DNA of 61,397 nucleotides, counting the filler, from Sphacelaria rigidula (taxonomy: Eukaryota), in NCBI GenBank assembly GCA_964200075.2. It is 6 parts of 6 records of this genome, joined end to end, with 100 filler letters (N's around TTAATTAATTAA, not from the genome) between each part and the next. Parts side by side here need not be neighbours in the genome. Positions count along the whole stretch, not along the records: positions 20,501 to 30,650 come from CAXNAA020007027.1; positions 30,751 to 40,899 come from CAXNAA020007028.1; 4 more parts are not named here. One strand, 5' to 3'. A model generated the notes under the pieces. It saw only the letters and a program-made list of their open reading frames with translations, made no database searches and had not been told where the DNA came from. Positions within the stretch are counted from its first letter, which is position 1. The number at the start of each line of letters is the position of its first letter. The translations under genes were made by a program, and so were the position numbers. This document shows, piece after piece, positions 24,080 to 37,949 of this stretch.

Positions 24080-24592
24080 GTAAACCATTATGTTGCACCT
24101 CCGCCCCTTCCCCCTTTCAATGTTCCACAGCACATATGCTACTGGAAGGTATTGGAGTATGGTGTTGTATCATGCTGGCAAAGCTGATGTTGGCCTACAT
24201 GTGCAAGAGTTTACAAGTGCTCTTCACGTGGTATGATGTCCGCGTTTGGTAGGGGTGATTTCAGTAGCAACACTGCGGAGAAGACGATTACATGGAATGA
24301 AAGCTGTTGGTTCCTTTGGTTTGACTCTAGTCGGCGCCTTGTCACTGTTGTGGGATGTTCCTGCTCGCGCTTGTTATTGCTCCGTCTGTACTCCAATCAT
24401 GGAACATGACGTTTACGTGACTTGTTTTGTCAACGGTAGTATCGTAGAACAGTTGACTTCGTCTCGCAATGTAACGCAAGCGGGATATTGCTCCGTGTGT
24501 TCGTTGCTCGTTTCACGCCATTGTGGACGCTCAAGCCTTACTCACCGTCCCCGTTACCCGTTCGCTAACGCGTTTGTTCCTGTGAATTCCAG

Positions 24593-24772
24593 CTGACCAG
24601 ACAGAGCGGGGCTGCTTACCTAGCTAGCTTCCTGGCCAGAGCGTCCTTCATGGAGGCAGCCACCGTGTCCGCAGCTCTTGGCGCCCTCTTGGAATGGGCG
24701 CAGGAATATTTGAACCAACACGCGAGCACGGCGATGTTCCCCGTACCCAACAGTCATACTCCAGGTCCCAAG
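24593..24772 (+). CDS. RRN3: RRN3 exon (LTRQSGAAYLASFLARASFM...LLEWAQEYL...)
   Basis: Hallmark R...aAYLaSFLARA motif; ttccAG| acceptor, |GTGATG donor, 180 nt. Not in the ORF track. Confidence 0.9.
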
Positions 24773-25919
24773 GTGATGCCGCTGACGATCGGATGAGCTC
24801 GCTCGTATCTGAAGAATTGATTATAGTCAAGTAAAAATAGCTGCTATTTGTGATTATTTCGTGGTAAATTCGAAGATCACGCGGTTTTGTCATGCCGATG
24901 TACCAATGTAGAAGTGTAGTGACGGTTGTGTGCTGTATTCCTGTGCGCATGCGTGGCGTCTCCAGAGTGACCCCCCTCCTCCCCTACAGTGGTGAGACAC
25001 CCATGAGGCACTTGGGAACCCGTGGCTGTCTCTGGAAGCGGCGATACCAGAAAATGAAGCAACTCATCGGAGGCTGTTATCCATGTGCGAGATAATCAGT
25101 GGGCTTCGGGCCGAACAATCTTAGTAGGATGCAACACACCCTTCATGCGACTCGCCGAACACATCACAGCGCTTTGCGCTTAGTGATCGATTGCGAGTCT
25201 AGTCCGGCGAAAACCCGGTGTGGCCCATGTGGCTTTGTAAGAATGTGAGGTCAAAAATCGCATGACTGCGGCATGCAAAATCATGAGTGCCCTCCCCCCC
25301 CAACCCCCTCCCCTCCTACAAAATAAGGGTTGAGCAGGAGAGTAGTAAAGCGACGCAGGGTTATTTTCCAAATCACAGTCTCGTGGGGCAAGGGGTTGGT
25401 GAAGTCGTTCTCCAGAACTCCAGTAAACTTTGTCCGAGGAAATAACGGGTGTGTTGGGTAGAAATGCCACAACATCGTGCAGTGAAGTACTCGACTTTGT
25501 GTTCTGTGAAGTAAAAGGTTGGTTGCTGCTTCTATCTTGAGATGTACAATCCATGGTTTATCACTGTAGTCACATGGACGGTTGTACATGGGAAGGTGTC
25601 TAGCGAAACGGTTGAACATGGGAACGAGAATGAGGTCACTTATCATCAGCAACGAGGAAACGCAAACATTCACTGATACATGACGGTATAGTAACCCCCC
25701 CTCTCCCCCTAGGAGGAACGGGACGCGCTAGAGGGTGGAACGGGGGGCGTGAACGAAGGTGGCATGGAATCGTTTGATGCATTAGGCAGGAGTGAGGAAA
25801 CGATGCTTATACTAGGGAATAGGTGGTAGCCACAGACGGCGAAATAGGACGGGAATAATATATGTGTAAGGTTTTTGTGCAATGTATAGGAGAAACGTAT
25901 TGAGCACCCAAATGTTGTA

Positions 25920-28765
25920 GGTATCCAAGGGCACGTCGAGTAGAGTATGCACTTCTGAGCACTCGAGTATTCACTCTACTCAAATTTTGAGTAGGTCGAG
26001 TACGGCCTCAAATACTCTGCTCAAGATTTGAGAAGATTGAGAACGGCCTCAAATACTCCACGAGCTGGGCCGGCCAAGGCTCTGTGGCAACAGTCCACCG
26101 GCCACGCCCGACTCAATTTTTTTCATTTCGGGGTGAAATTTTGACACCATAGAAGAAACAGTAAGGCCGACCGCGTGACTGGGGTGGCTGTCTTTTTTTT
26201 TTTTCATCCGTGGCTCGAAAATCTTAATTTTCTGGCCCATTTTGAAATACCTTCAAGTAAGCGACAAAACAAGATTATGAGCCATCCTAGATGAAGGGTA
26301 GGCCTGAGTGCAGTACCTATGGTGTTGAAATTCCTCGCCTAAATTCGAAAAATTCAATCGGGCATTATCGATTAAGCGTTTCCGTGTGAAGAAAGTGCCC
26401 CGATGGTCTAATGTTCAGACTGTCAACGTCAGGGCAAAGAGAACGTGGATTCAGTTCCCGCCCGACCCACTTTTTTTCTCTCGGAAATATGATTTTCACG
26501 GTCGAGAGCGTCGGGACGTCAGGAGAGATGAGTTGATCCCTTGAGACCACGGACTTATTCCGAGAAAGGGGAGGGTTTTTGAGTGTAACAACAAACAAAA
26601 GATTGTGTGATGACAGATTGGGGAAAAAAAGTCGTGCGGAGATAATATACTAGTTTGAGTACAGTAAGTGCCAGAATATTCGGCAGGGAGAAAGTGTCCG
26701 CGATTCTGCTTGGATGTGACGATGAAAAATCTTGATGCTTGCGTACCATGAGATTGCCGGCTCGATCGGCGGTATAGACATGCACGAGTCCCACACCACC
26801 ACCAGGTATGTTGTACTTCGTGCACCACACGTTGCAACTCCTGGCTTTCCAGGTCTCTTTCCGGAACATCATTGCGAGACTTTCTGGGGTCGATACAGCA
26901 CGACACAAAACTCTAACAGTACGATAGAGTAGAGTACCGTAAAGCACGGCATAGTTCGGTACTGTACGGTACAGTACAATACACGTACGGTACAGTACAG
27001 TACAGAAGGGTATAGTACAGTACAGCACAGCACAGCACAGATCAGCACAGCACAGTCCGATACACTACTGTACTGGTCCCGCTGTATCACTGTTCCGAAA
27101 AGAGGCCTGGCAGCCAATGCGGTGCTGCCTGCAGTACAGGCATCTGGAGGGAGTGTGGGATCCCATGTGCTTGCAGACGTCGCTGACCCACACCCTTCTG
27201 TTTGCTCGGCAGCTTGAGAATTCTCGCCTCCATGGGCTTCCCGAAACGCCCTAGTTCCCAACTCAGATGCCACGAATGCAAAAGCCCCTCCGCCCCCGCA
27301 CGGGAGGCAATTGGTCGCGAGGTACAGTTGACAGGACGCTTCTTTGATATCGTGTACCATAGCCTCAACATCCACGACATCGCTCTAGTATTATATTACA
27401 TGGTGAGAACAGAGGTCCTCTCCGATCATTGAGTTCCCGGCGAGCTTGACGCCATGACGGGCAGCATACGCAATGTGCAAGCGTGTGGTACGCAAACACC
27501 ACTCCGGAGCACAAAAAATCACGCCGCATTTTCAAAAACTAGCCGCATTTTTGCACAGTCTCGCCCTGCACTTGACGCAGTATGTTCTCGGCACACGACC
27601 TTTTCTTATATTTCAAGGCCGTCATGTACCCTTGAGCACATCAAGAGTTGTAGGTGCATACGCGTGGCGATCTCCCCATCACAGGGATATGTTTACTTTG
27701 CGATAACTTACCTCGGTTCGTACGAGTACTCAATTTTTGAGTAGATTGAGTACGGCCTCAAATTCTTCACTCAAATTCCGAGTAGATTAAGTACGGTCTC
27801 AAAGACTCTACTCAAATATTGAGTATAAGCCCTCTCAGTAATGCTCGAGTATAGAGTATACCACTGGGGTATGATGAGCAACCGTGACCGTCGGCGACTT
27901 CGTGACGTCACTTCACAGACCATGTCGAATACATGAGCAAACGATGGCCATCAATTAGATGAGTGACGGTACGTCACGGGCTAAAATGTACCAAAATGAG
28001 TATACAAGAACGTTTTCGTGATTTTGAGAGTAGAGCGTGATTCAGACTGGCTTTCATCATTCGCTTCAACTTACCTAATTTTTCATTCCGTGTGCTCTTA
28101 TTTGCCTCTATCATTGACATTTGCTTATAGCTACACGTCGATATCCTACTCAGGGATATCAAGGGCCTCAGTGGCAAGCTGCTACAGAAATCATATTGGG
28201 CCTCGCGGAGGGTAATCTCAGAACTGAAATGATTCATTCACTTATTGACCGCTTGTCATTCTCAATCATATCCTCTACTTTCAATCTTACGAGAACATTG
28301 TTATAAGTGAATGATGGCCATCAGAAAAAAAAAATAAGGGTGCAGGTGAACGAACCTACCTGCCCCAGCTCTCCTACCCCCACCCGTGGCAGTACATACT
28401 TGATACCTCTCAACCCCTTCGATATCACTTTCAGCACAGAGCGCTACTCATTATCATTGAGTAATCGAATAGATGGGTTGTCGGGTAGATATTATTATCA
28501 AAATGAGCTCTACTGGCCGCACATGTGATTCCTCCATGCGAAAGTCAGCGGTGGGGCATCGGGTTCAGCCTCAGATACTTTACCCAACTCTCGGGTAGAT
28601 TAAGTATGATCTGAAATACTGTACTCAATTTGTGAGTAGGTCGAGTACGGCCTCAAATACCCTACTCAAAATTTGAGTAGATCGAGTACGACCTCCGATA
28701 TTCCACTCAAATATTGAGTATGCACTCAGTAGTATTCAAGTATAGAGTATTACTTGGGTACGACC
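25920..28765. mobile_element. Second copy of the 41-bp-array element, with internal insertions
   Basis: Left end ccaagggcacgtcgagtagagtatgcacttc; arrays at ~25960-26058, ~27727-27870 and ~28565-28765. Core cgtgacgtcacttcacaga...ggccatcaatta is shared with 4205-4275. Confidence 0.7.
26925..27075. repeat. Degenerate (CAGTA/CAGCA)n microsatellite
   Basis: Visible pentamer repeats; a similar tract on the opposite strand is at ~420-650. Confidence 0.8.
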
Positions 28766-30580
28766 TTAACCCTTTTTGGACCGACCCCCCACTAACACAG
28801 GTAACCCTGTGTTGGTGAAATAATTAAAGATAAGTCTTCGAGCGACCTGCCCAATCACGGCGAAGCGAAATTTATTGACCAGACCCGAACGACCAGCGTG
28901 GGGACTGTTGGCGAGTGTGATGCCACTGCAAAGATCGTGTGGGAGGCCTATCCCTGGCCCAGATAAGCCATCCCACGTTTCCAAGTGCAGGGCGGTCGGA
29001 ACTTGGTTATATGATATTACTTGCACTCAGTACAGCGTTCCCGAGTTTTCCGGTGGGTTTTTGAGTTGAGTCACAATTTCATGCTAAAACGTACTAATTA
29101 TACTATGACAGGGTCGACCGGAAAAACCGGGAAGGAGTGTACATGCTACCATGTGGTCATTTTCGCGAGGCACAAAATCCAAGTGGGCTGTGGAAAGACA
29201 AGAGGATCTACCGCCATGAATTCCGCGTATCCCTCTGCCAATGACTCGCAGTGTGCAGTCCACATGTATGTAAAATAGTGGACGGGGATGACAAAGCTGT
29301 ATATAGGTGGCTGATTTCGGTAGCTGAGAATTGCCCAGAACGTGCAAGATGTATGCATGCGCGCCGCAACGCTGATAACCTTCGAATAGAATGTGCCGTA
29401 TGCAATAAGGGGGGAAATGGCGGCCCACCCCGACCACAAAGGGCTGTGTGGCAAGGTAGTGGAGACAAACGTATCATCCAAAGCCATAAGTGGCGGGCGG
29501 CTCGCTGGTCGCCGCATCTTGTTGGAAGCTCTTCACCACGACCCATACTGCTTGCTACATCAAGATGTGTACCACCTGATGCGCACCCTGCACCTGGAAT
29601 AGATTGGATTAAACTTTTGGCCTTCGTCATGACCCTGCGGTTACATACGCGGAGTTTCAGCAACACGCCACTGTTTCTAGGCTTTTGGTTCTTGCGCTCA
29701 TTTTTTTTCTCATGTGCGTTTTTTTCATTTTTTTAATGTTCAACAGTGAACATTATGCGCCGATTTATTCGTATTCTGGTGAAGTATGCGTGACTTATGC
29801 GCCTTTTTCGCGTCGTCCTTGAGGTGGTTCCTGGCGGGTTCCTGGCGGCACTGCCCATGGAACGTACCTTCCAGCACGAAAACAAGACTGCACGTTGAAC
29901 ATTTCGAGGTTTCACGATTGCTTAGAAAGAAGGCTCGCTCGTTTTTTCTTCGTTCATTGGTTTTGAATGCCATAACGGAAATGATGATAATAAAATAGAG
30001 ATTAATAAAATGAAAATTAGAAAATAATAATAATGAAAAAAATGCGCTTTTTCTCTCTCCCTCTGCGCCTCAGCGGTCTCCTTCGCGTCGCGCTGTTGGG
30101 GCGCCGGAGTCCGCACCTCGGTCACGTCGACCTCTTTCTGCTCTGCCAGAGTAGTGTAGTGCTCACTGCTGTACTGTCGGTGCACTGTGTTCTGTGCGCT
30201 GCACACTGTACAGTTGTGGATTGGACTGCTTGACGTGTGACGTTGTGGCGGGAGCCGCTCTTTGATGTGAAAAATAAAACATTTATGTTTTCATCAGTTT
30301 CACATGAACATGGAGTAGCTCACATACAGAACCAAAACCGGTATCAAACCCGCAACAAAGTTCGAAAAAAGAAATTACAAACACAACCGCCACGACTCCA
30401 CGAACCACGCCACATCGAGCACCCGTGGGCAGGTACTAGCTGCTGAACATGGGGTGCATAATCTCCTTGGAGTACTATATGCGCCAAGTTATGCTTAAAA
30501 CTTAGCTTTTATGCCTTTGTTATGCTGAAATCCCCAAAAATATATGTTGAAAAAAGAACGCATATGCGACACTTTCTACG

Positions 30581-30623
<43 letters not shown>

Positions 30624-30650
30624 AAAAAAAAAAGCAAAAAAAAACAAGAA
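30581..30650 (+). repeat. Poly(A) tract at contig end
   Basis: About 70 nt of nearly pure A. Confidence 0.9.
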
Positions 30651-30750
30651 NNNNNNNNNNNNNNNNNNNNNNNNNNNNNNNNNNNNNNNNNNNNTTAATT
30701 AATTAANNNNNNNNNNNNNNNNNNNNNNNNNNNNNNNNNNNNNNNNNNNN
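30651..30750. other. Artificial contig spacer
   Basis: N44-TTAATTAATTAA-N44. Confidence 0.97.
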
Positions 30751-33541
30751 CACTGTTTTAGGCTTGAGCCTCATCTCGAAGTTAAACCTCAATTCTCACA
30801 ATTTGTTGTTACTTGCTGCTTGACTCGAATATTGACGGAACATACCTTGTGCGTGTGGTTTGGTTTTTCAGAACAGCTATCCACATTTTACTTCCAGTTT
30901 TATCTGGTCGGACCACAGGCCACAGATGTCTCGCAATGTACCCAGCTCCGTCTCAAACATTGATGAGCGCACGCTCAGGCGCTTGAGGCGCGCCCGCGTT
31001 CGCGAGCTCTCCCTCGCTACACAACAAACCCCTTCCCCACCCACAGACCAAATTGACGGGGCACGTCAATACCCCGGGACGGATGGACTCTCTTTCGTAC
31101 CGTTGTACACGGTTCGAAGAAATACCAATGTCACCAACCACATACAATCTCTACACCCGTCCCACCTTTCCTCCGCAAACATGCCCCTGGTATCTATGCC
31201 GCTCGAGTTTTTTTTTGTTGCAGCCCGCTTGTTCTAGACACAATGCTTTATTCTCCTCTTCGCTCCAGCATCCCTCCGCATTCCTTTTCGGCTCGGGAAA
31301 CACCGAGCCGACCGATGTGTGTCCCACTACCGGCCTCTGTTGACAGACAGAGCGTGCGCGGGCTGTTTCAAATTCAACCCGCTGTACAGACAATCATTTC
31401 TTTTTTCCAACTGTCCGATACTTTCATCGATGTTTCATCGATGGAGCAAATTTGTCAGTACAAAGAAAGTTTGTCTCTACACACGCCCGACTGTACCAAC
31501 ACCGCAGCAGGCAGCTCACACCCGCGGCGGAGCTTTTATATCCCTCCGATACCGACGAACCCACAACCCAGCCATTAACTTCGGTCAACATTCCCGCAGT
31601 CATGTACAACGCCCCGATCCTTGATCAACCTTTTGATTTCGACGTTGCCTATACCACGTACCTCTCCAAGCACAATTACCATGTCCGATATCGCACGCAC
31701 GCCGGGTTCACCTGCCCAAGATTCATTCACGGACGGTGACATCCCGGGGAAAAACCAAAACACTAGGTCTGGTAGCATGGACGGCAACGATCAGGATTTA
31801 GGAGTAGATGAATTCGTAGACGGTCGTGCTTCCATCGAGGCACTAACATAGATACGGGAGTTGCCCCCCTTCTGGCTTCCGCGGATGTGACCACTGACAA
31901 CAGTGCCACACCCCATCTGTCAACCACTTTAGACGTTGACCACTTGTCGGTATCATACTCAACGCTACCTCCTGTAGGTCTAAACCCTGAACCGGACATT
32001 GCTCTACCTGCGACAGCCGATAATGTCGCAAGCACAAGCACCCCCACTACGTGCCCCCCTCCAAAACTGAGGGACAAAACCAAGAATCAGTTTCAATACT
32101 CTCGGCCTGAAGCCATCCTACCTCATTTGTGGGAATAGTGGACGCCTTCTGAGCAGGCAGAGTACTGGGATTCGTTCTTTCTACAGGCCGATAAGGCCAA
32201 AGCAGAGTGCGATAGGCGCCAGGAGTTTGAGCGTAATCAACTCCTGATACGTACCCAACGTGATGTTGAAAACCAACGACAGGCTCCTGCCCTGCAGCAG
32301 AGCAAACAAGACAGAGTGTTGCGCCAATCAGCAAAAACTGTTCGGACTGCACAGTTACAGTTGGAACAAGCCCAGCGTACTCACAGTTTGTAATCTGAGC
32401 AAGCGACAGCCCGCCTCTCGGTATCACAGTCCGGTTTGGACGAACAACTAAGACGCCTCCATCTACTGCATGTCGACCCCTCCTCAACCATAGATGAACC
32501 GAAAAATCCATCCGAGGTCACTCATATCACCAACCCAGTCTTCGAGACTGAATCACGTACAGACTCCCATCTCAACACGGGACTTCCCCGTCCCCCACAG
32601 CAGGTTCTTACCACGGTCCCAAAACATGGCCGTCCGGTATCAACATCTCAGCCTGCAGGCGCCCGTCAACAACCTCCCCCCCCCCCCCCCCCCCCCCCCC
32701 ACACACCAACATCGTCCCACACGATAACCCATCGAACGCGATGGCGGCAACGGGCGAGACTCATGTAGGACCATCCCCTGCACCACTACGGTTGCAGGAC
32801 CTAGGCCTGTCTACACTAGATTTGTCCGTTATCGTAACCTTGTCGACTATCCCTCTCGCATCTTTTGTCGACGAACCAGCTAACTTGGTGCGTTACACAT
32901 TTCAGGCGCATCACCTCGCAGGCCCAATCTGTGACAAGGCCAATAGCCTGCTTGCCCGGTTCGCCAACAACCGCGAGACTGTCACACTTGTGGGGGTAGT
33001 CAGATGTGTGCAATCTCAACCCCACCCCGACCACACCACCACACAGATCCAAAATGAGTATGTCGAGCCCCTCATAACCATGTTCCCTGAGGTCGAGGAA
33101 ATTCGCAAAACGGTATTTTCTCAACCACCCCAAAGCAACTTGGACCACGCAAGCGGCACATGGGATCAGAATTTAGGGATGATGGGCAACAAATTGCAAA
33201 AAACCCTCTGCGCGTTGACGCAGAATGGCAGACTGCGGATAAAAAGACACGTACAGTTAGCGGCGGTAGCGCTCAAAGCAAACATACGCAGACCCGGAAA
33301 CAATCCGCGCGCTTCAAATCCCACGCATCAAGTACCGACGACAGTGACACGGACAGCCACGGTTCATCCCGTTACAATGACCAGATCCGCTCTAACCGAC
33401 CTTCTGCACACACACTCTCCGACGTTCTACCTCTGTCTTCCACCATTGCCAAGCAACGTCACTCCCTGTTGAAAAAGAAAGAGGAAGGTAAGCCAGCCAA
33501 AACCGAGAAAAAGCAGGTTTTGGTGGAAATAAAGAAGGAGA

Positions 33542-35201
33542 GTGACCTATCCAACACGGAGCACATGCACAGACTCAATCTGCACCACCCCACACAACCC
33601 GCAGCGACGCCCCCAGCATCCGACGAGCTTATTTGGAACTAACATCAAGAGTGTAGGTAAGTTCAAACCTCAGTTGCCTTTCATTGCAGGATCCAACGCA
33701 ATTCTCAACTTCAGTCAGTTGAGGTCATCGCTCAAGAATGTATTGAGCGATATTCTCGCCATTTGCGACCCAAATTTCGCCAGTCTCAAAAGCAGCAAGT
33801 GGGTCCGTGGGTGGAGCCGCCCTTTGCATCGGGCACTAGAGCAGGCGATTGACCTCCTTGCAATCCCCCAAAACTACTGCAACGTGCGACGCTCATTTCG
33901 ACCAAGTGTCGCGGGCCCTCAACAAGGGCGCCAGTGGGAACGAGGCGTGCACACTTTTGTTACGGTTGCTTAGCTCGTTGCTTGACACCAGCTACGAAGG
34001 GGAATCTATTGAGAGATTACTCACCTTCAAGGTTCCCGTGAACACTCCCTTCGATCGATACTTGAAGGACTTTCGCACTCTAATTTCGGTCACCGTGGAT
34101 CGCGGGCGTGAACTAACCCCGACCAACGAGATGGTAATGTCTCTCTTTCGTTCCAATATGGGGCGACAGTACCCCAGTCTAATGCCGAGTGTTTTTGTGG
34201 GTGATGCAGCTACTGCAGCAGTATACCATTTGAAAATCTCGATGAAATGTGGAGTCGACTCGATGGGTTGCGTACGAATCGGACACCGGCTGTCGAGTCG
34301 ATAGGAGTAAGGGGACGGCACCACTTCGGCACTCAGCCAACACGGTACGCAGGTAATTAGTCAGAAACCTCTCCCCACTCCAGTTGCCCCTGCGTCACGA
34401 ACGCAATCCAGCAGGAAATCGAGTCAACCGGCGTGGATACCCGACTCAATGACTTCTGCAGTGGAAGTCAAGATGACCGCCCAGGTTCAGGTACCAGATG
34501 CATTTGCTAGTCGATTTCCAATCTGGCCCTTCGCCAACGAAATTTGGCCGGAGGTTTTCAACGTGAGCACCTCCATGAACAACCACGACCCCCCCCTCTG
34601 GGCCCGCGACGTTGAACTCAACATCTGTAACGAGCTTATGCGTGAGTGTAAGGACAAATGCCTCGATTGCGGAATATGGTTCGATGGGCAAACTGGGTAC
34701 TCCGCGGACGGCAGAGTTCCCATCCACTCCATGCGCACCTGCAAGGCACCGTTTGTAAACGCATTCGGCGTCTTGAATAAAATATTCCACGATCCGCAAT
34801 ATGCATCGTGCTGGCCAACTTGGCAAGCACGTATGCGTTCTTACCGCCGCCCTCATTCCGGCGACACGCATGGCCAAAACAACCGCCCTAGACGGGGTAA
34901 TCGCTTTTATGGTAACGATTCCCGCTACCAAAACTCGCAGTACCAAACAGCGCACTACCAGACACGGCCCGTTGACTCGGCGCCACGTCTAACACAGTCT
35001 GACCCGGCAAACTCTCAACCGCAGAACCAGGTACAATCACAAGAGGGAAGACGACCACTGATGATTGCACCTAGTCCTACGGGTCCCCCACGCCAGGAAG
35101 ACCCCCAACAACCCACCCCTGATGCCTCACCGCACAACTTGACCGTTTTCTGGGAACGTTTACCAAGCCCCGGCGTTTCCGAGCAGCAATCAGTGGGGTA
35201 A
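33542..35201 (+). pseudogene. gag: Gag-like region with a Cys/His motif (KCLDCG...HSMRTC)
   Basis: Overlapping frameshifted ORFs upstream of the protease; helical segment FDRYLKDFRTLIS and a CCHC-like motif. Confidence 0.55.
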
Positions 35202-36943
35202 GACAGGACGTGTGGCTGATCCAAAAAGCTGGGCGCCACCACCTGCCCGTTCATTTTATACTTCTGACGACCGTTTGTTCCCCAATCGTTGGCACATCCC
35301 CACAATTAGGCATCAACATTCGCCGGTAACTCACCGCAGAAATACCCAACAATTTCCTTTCGCTCGGCCAGGTCACAAACATCACACACGTGAAACAACG
35401 GCGGCCACCGCGGGCTCAACCATGTGGTGTGGGTTCCCTGGACATGCTGACACTGCCTGGAAGGGTTCTAAGACAGTCGAAGACCGTGCACCGCTGCATG
35501 GCTATCAATTGAGCAGTGACCAAACCCAACGTTATACTCCTGGATTTGATCACCCAGTTTTACATCCACCAGGTATTAATCATATTCAATCGAACCCCCT
35601 TCCTTCGAAGGAGAGGAAGTCGTGTAGTGCAGTTTCTAACGCATCAGGAGCCGAAATATCTTCTGGTACGGTAGACATTGCCTCTCTGACCGTTCATCGG
35701 AGAACACCAAATGCAAAGCCACACATTCAAGCACCCCCCAACTGCTCAAGTGCCCAGCTAACCACCCTACCGAGTTCCGCAAAAACTACGGTACCTGGTT
35801 CCCTTTTATTTGATGAGCGTAATTGTTCCTTGAAGGGTCGCAACCGCAAAGAACCCATGCTTTCCGTCGCTCAACCGGTTGGAATGGAACCCCAAGTGAC
35901 AGCGACTCAGGTGGTGCGCCAAGAGCGTGACCTAGGTTCGACTGTCCGAGAACTTATTTCAATAGCTCCTGGAGCCGCCGACCCTTTCGTGTGCTATACG
36001 CGTCACCCTAGGCGAGCTCCTCCAGATGATCATGTAGATAACCCTGATGTAGCAAGCGCACGTGAACTCCAAGGAGGAGATTGCGTGTGGGCTCAGACAG
36101 ATGATAACCTTAGAGTGGAACAGGCCGGTAGTCCCCAGATTTCGAACAGATCGTTACTGCTCCCTGACCACCCCCCGTGCACTGCGTTAGAACCCATTTC
36201 CGATAAAGCGTTGCCGTCTGTAGGGACAGAGACTTCGCCGACTCATGGACGTTCGCATCCTAGTCATCAAGGCACCTCAATCGTGTGTTCGTCACCAGGC
36301 AAACAACGTGTTACGCAAGCCGACTCGCCTCCTAACTCGCCCACGTTGACCCCTTTAATAGACGCTGGGTTGAACAGTACAGCTTCACCAACCCTGCGTC
36401 CTGACGAATCGTCTCCAAAACCTCCCATGTTGGCCCAAACTAGTGATGGTATTGAGTTGATTGGCGTATCAAACTCAACACCGCGCCCCGATGAATCGTC
36501 CCCCGTTCTGACTAAGCTGGATAATGTAATTGATCCCGCTTTGCACAATGACGATTCGCCCCCTCTGTTGGCCAATGAGCNNNNNNNATGAGGGTGAAAC
36601 ACCACGCACAGATCAGTTATCGGGTCAACCCACGACAACTACCCTTCCCCGGCATCGCCCCTCCGTTGCAGTATATGAGATTCAACCCTCGACTGATGAG
36701 ACAAATATTCCAGGCACAAACATTGACACTCCATCCACGCACCATCCTTCCGACCAAAAGCTTGTCCCACAGGATCATCAACGGCGGGTGTATTTTAGCA
36801 CCTTCGTTCAAAATGCAAAGCAGGATGTGTCAGATGTCTTTCCCGAATTCGGACCCGATCTCGTCAATGGTACTGCAACTATGGATGATGCTTCTTTTAC
36901 GACCTAGATAGGTTTACATAGTGGAGCGCGTGCAAACTGTCAT

Positions 36944-37330
36944 TTGATAGCTCTTGCACTACCAGACTGTGGTTCACCTCAAACGTTCATTACAGCCAGC
37001 TGCTGGCAAAAAATGATCAACGCGGGTGCGGCGGACGAGCATTGTCTGTCCACCGTGCGCCCTCGTGTTTTTGGTGGGTTTGGTTCCTCCACATCTCTTA
37101 CGATCAATCAATCGGTGAGACTAAGTGTACAATTCTACCAGGATACTACTCCCACTGCTCGGTTGTCCGTATGGGCACTAATAGTGCCCGACGGTTCCAT
37201 GTCTTTTGACCTTTTGTTGGGTCGATATAGTTGGCTTCGTTTTCCCACACACACGTACACGACGGACACACCTGTCCCGAACCGTCCAGTCACAGGAAAA
37301 CTGTCACTGGGTCACTTCGACACTAATTCG
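36944..37330 (+). pseudogene. Retroviral-type aspartic protease
   Basis: ALPDCGSPQTFI (D-x-G catalytic motif) and the downstream FDLLLGRYSW (GRD-like) motif. Confidence 0.8.
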
Positions 37331-37949
37331 GGAGCTCATGCTTATGAGGATGACCCCACGCAAACAGGTAATGCTTTCCGTCTGTACTATGTTGGTGAAC
37401 CTGTAGTCTCGCTGTCTCCTGAACCCCAACTTGTCCAATTGAACCTCGTGAGACGCAATGGATCGCCCGCCCACACAGGACATTATTCGGTCGAATTGCT
37501 CAAACGTGACGAAGCACAGGTTGGTCCGTTTTTACAGACCGAAGTCTTTGTCCACGAAGGTAGGCAGGCCATTTACCTCACGTCCCCTGCATGTTTTGAT
37601 ATACTCAACGGTCAGTTGTTGGGTTATGCTCAAGCGCCTTACATACGAACCGCCCTGTCAGATGTGTGCCCCCCTGCGAACAACAACTCGCCGACCGGCC
37701 CCCCGAAATCCACGGCCCCCCCTCCGCTACACATGCCTGGCCCCATGGTGGTGACAAATCCACCGGATGCGCCTGAACCTCGACCCCCAACTGCATTACT
37801 GGATAGATTTTCCCCAGAACAACGCGCCAATTTTCAAAAGTTGTGGGATGACATCCCCCCTCACTTACGGCATATTGTTTTTTATCTATCTGGCGATGGT
37901 TGAACACCCACTGTTATCGATAGATTGAGATCCATCTCGATTGGATGTT

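Noticed and set aside
29146..29736. Overlapping 120-160-aa ORFs on both strands
   Set aside because: No recognisable motif or convincing splice structure; the expected next RRN3 motif is not present.
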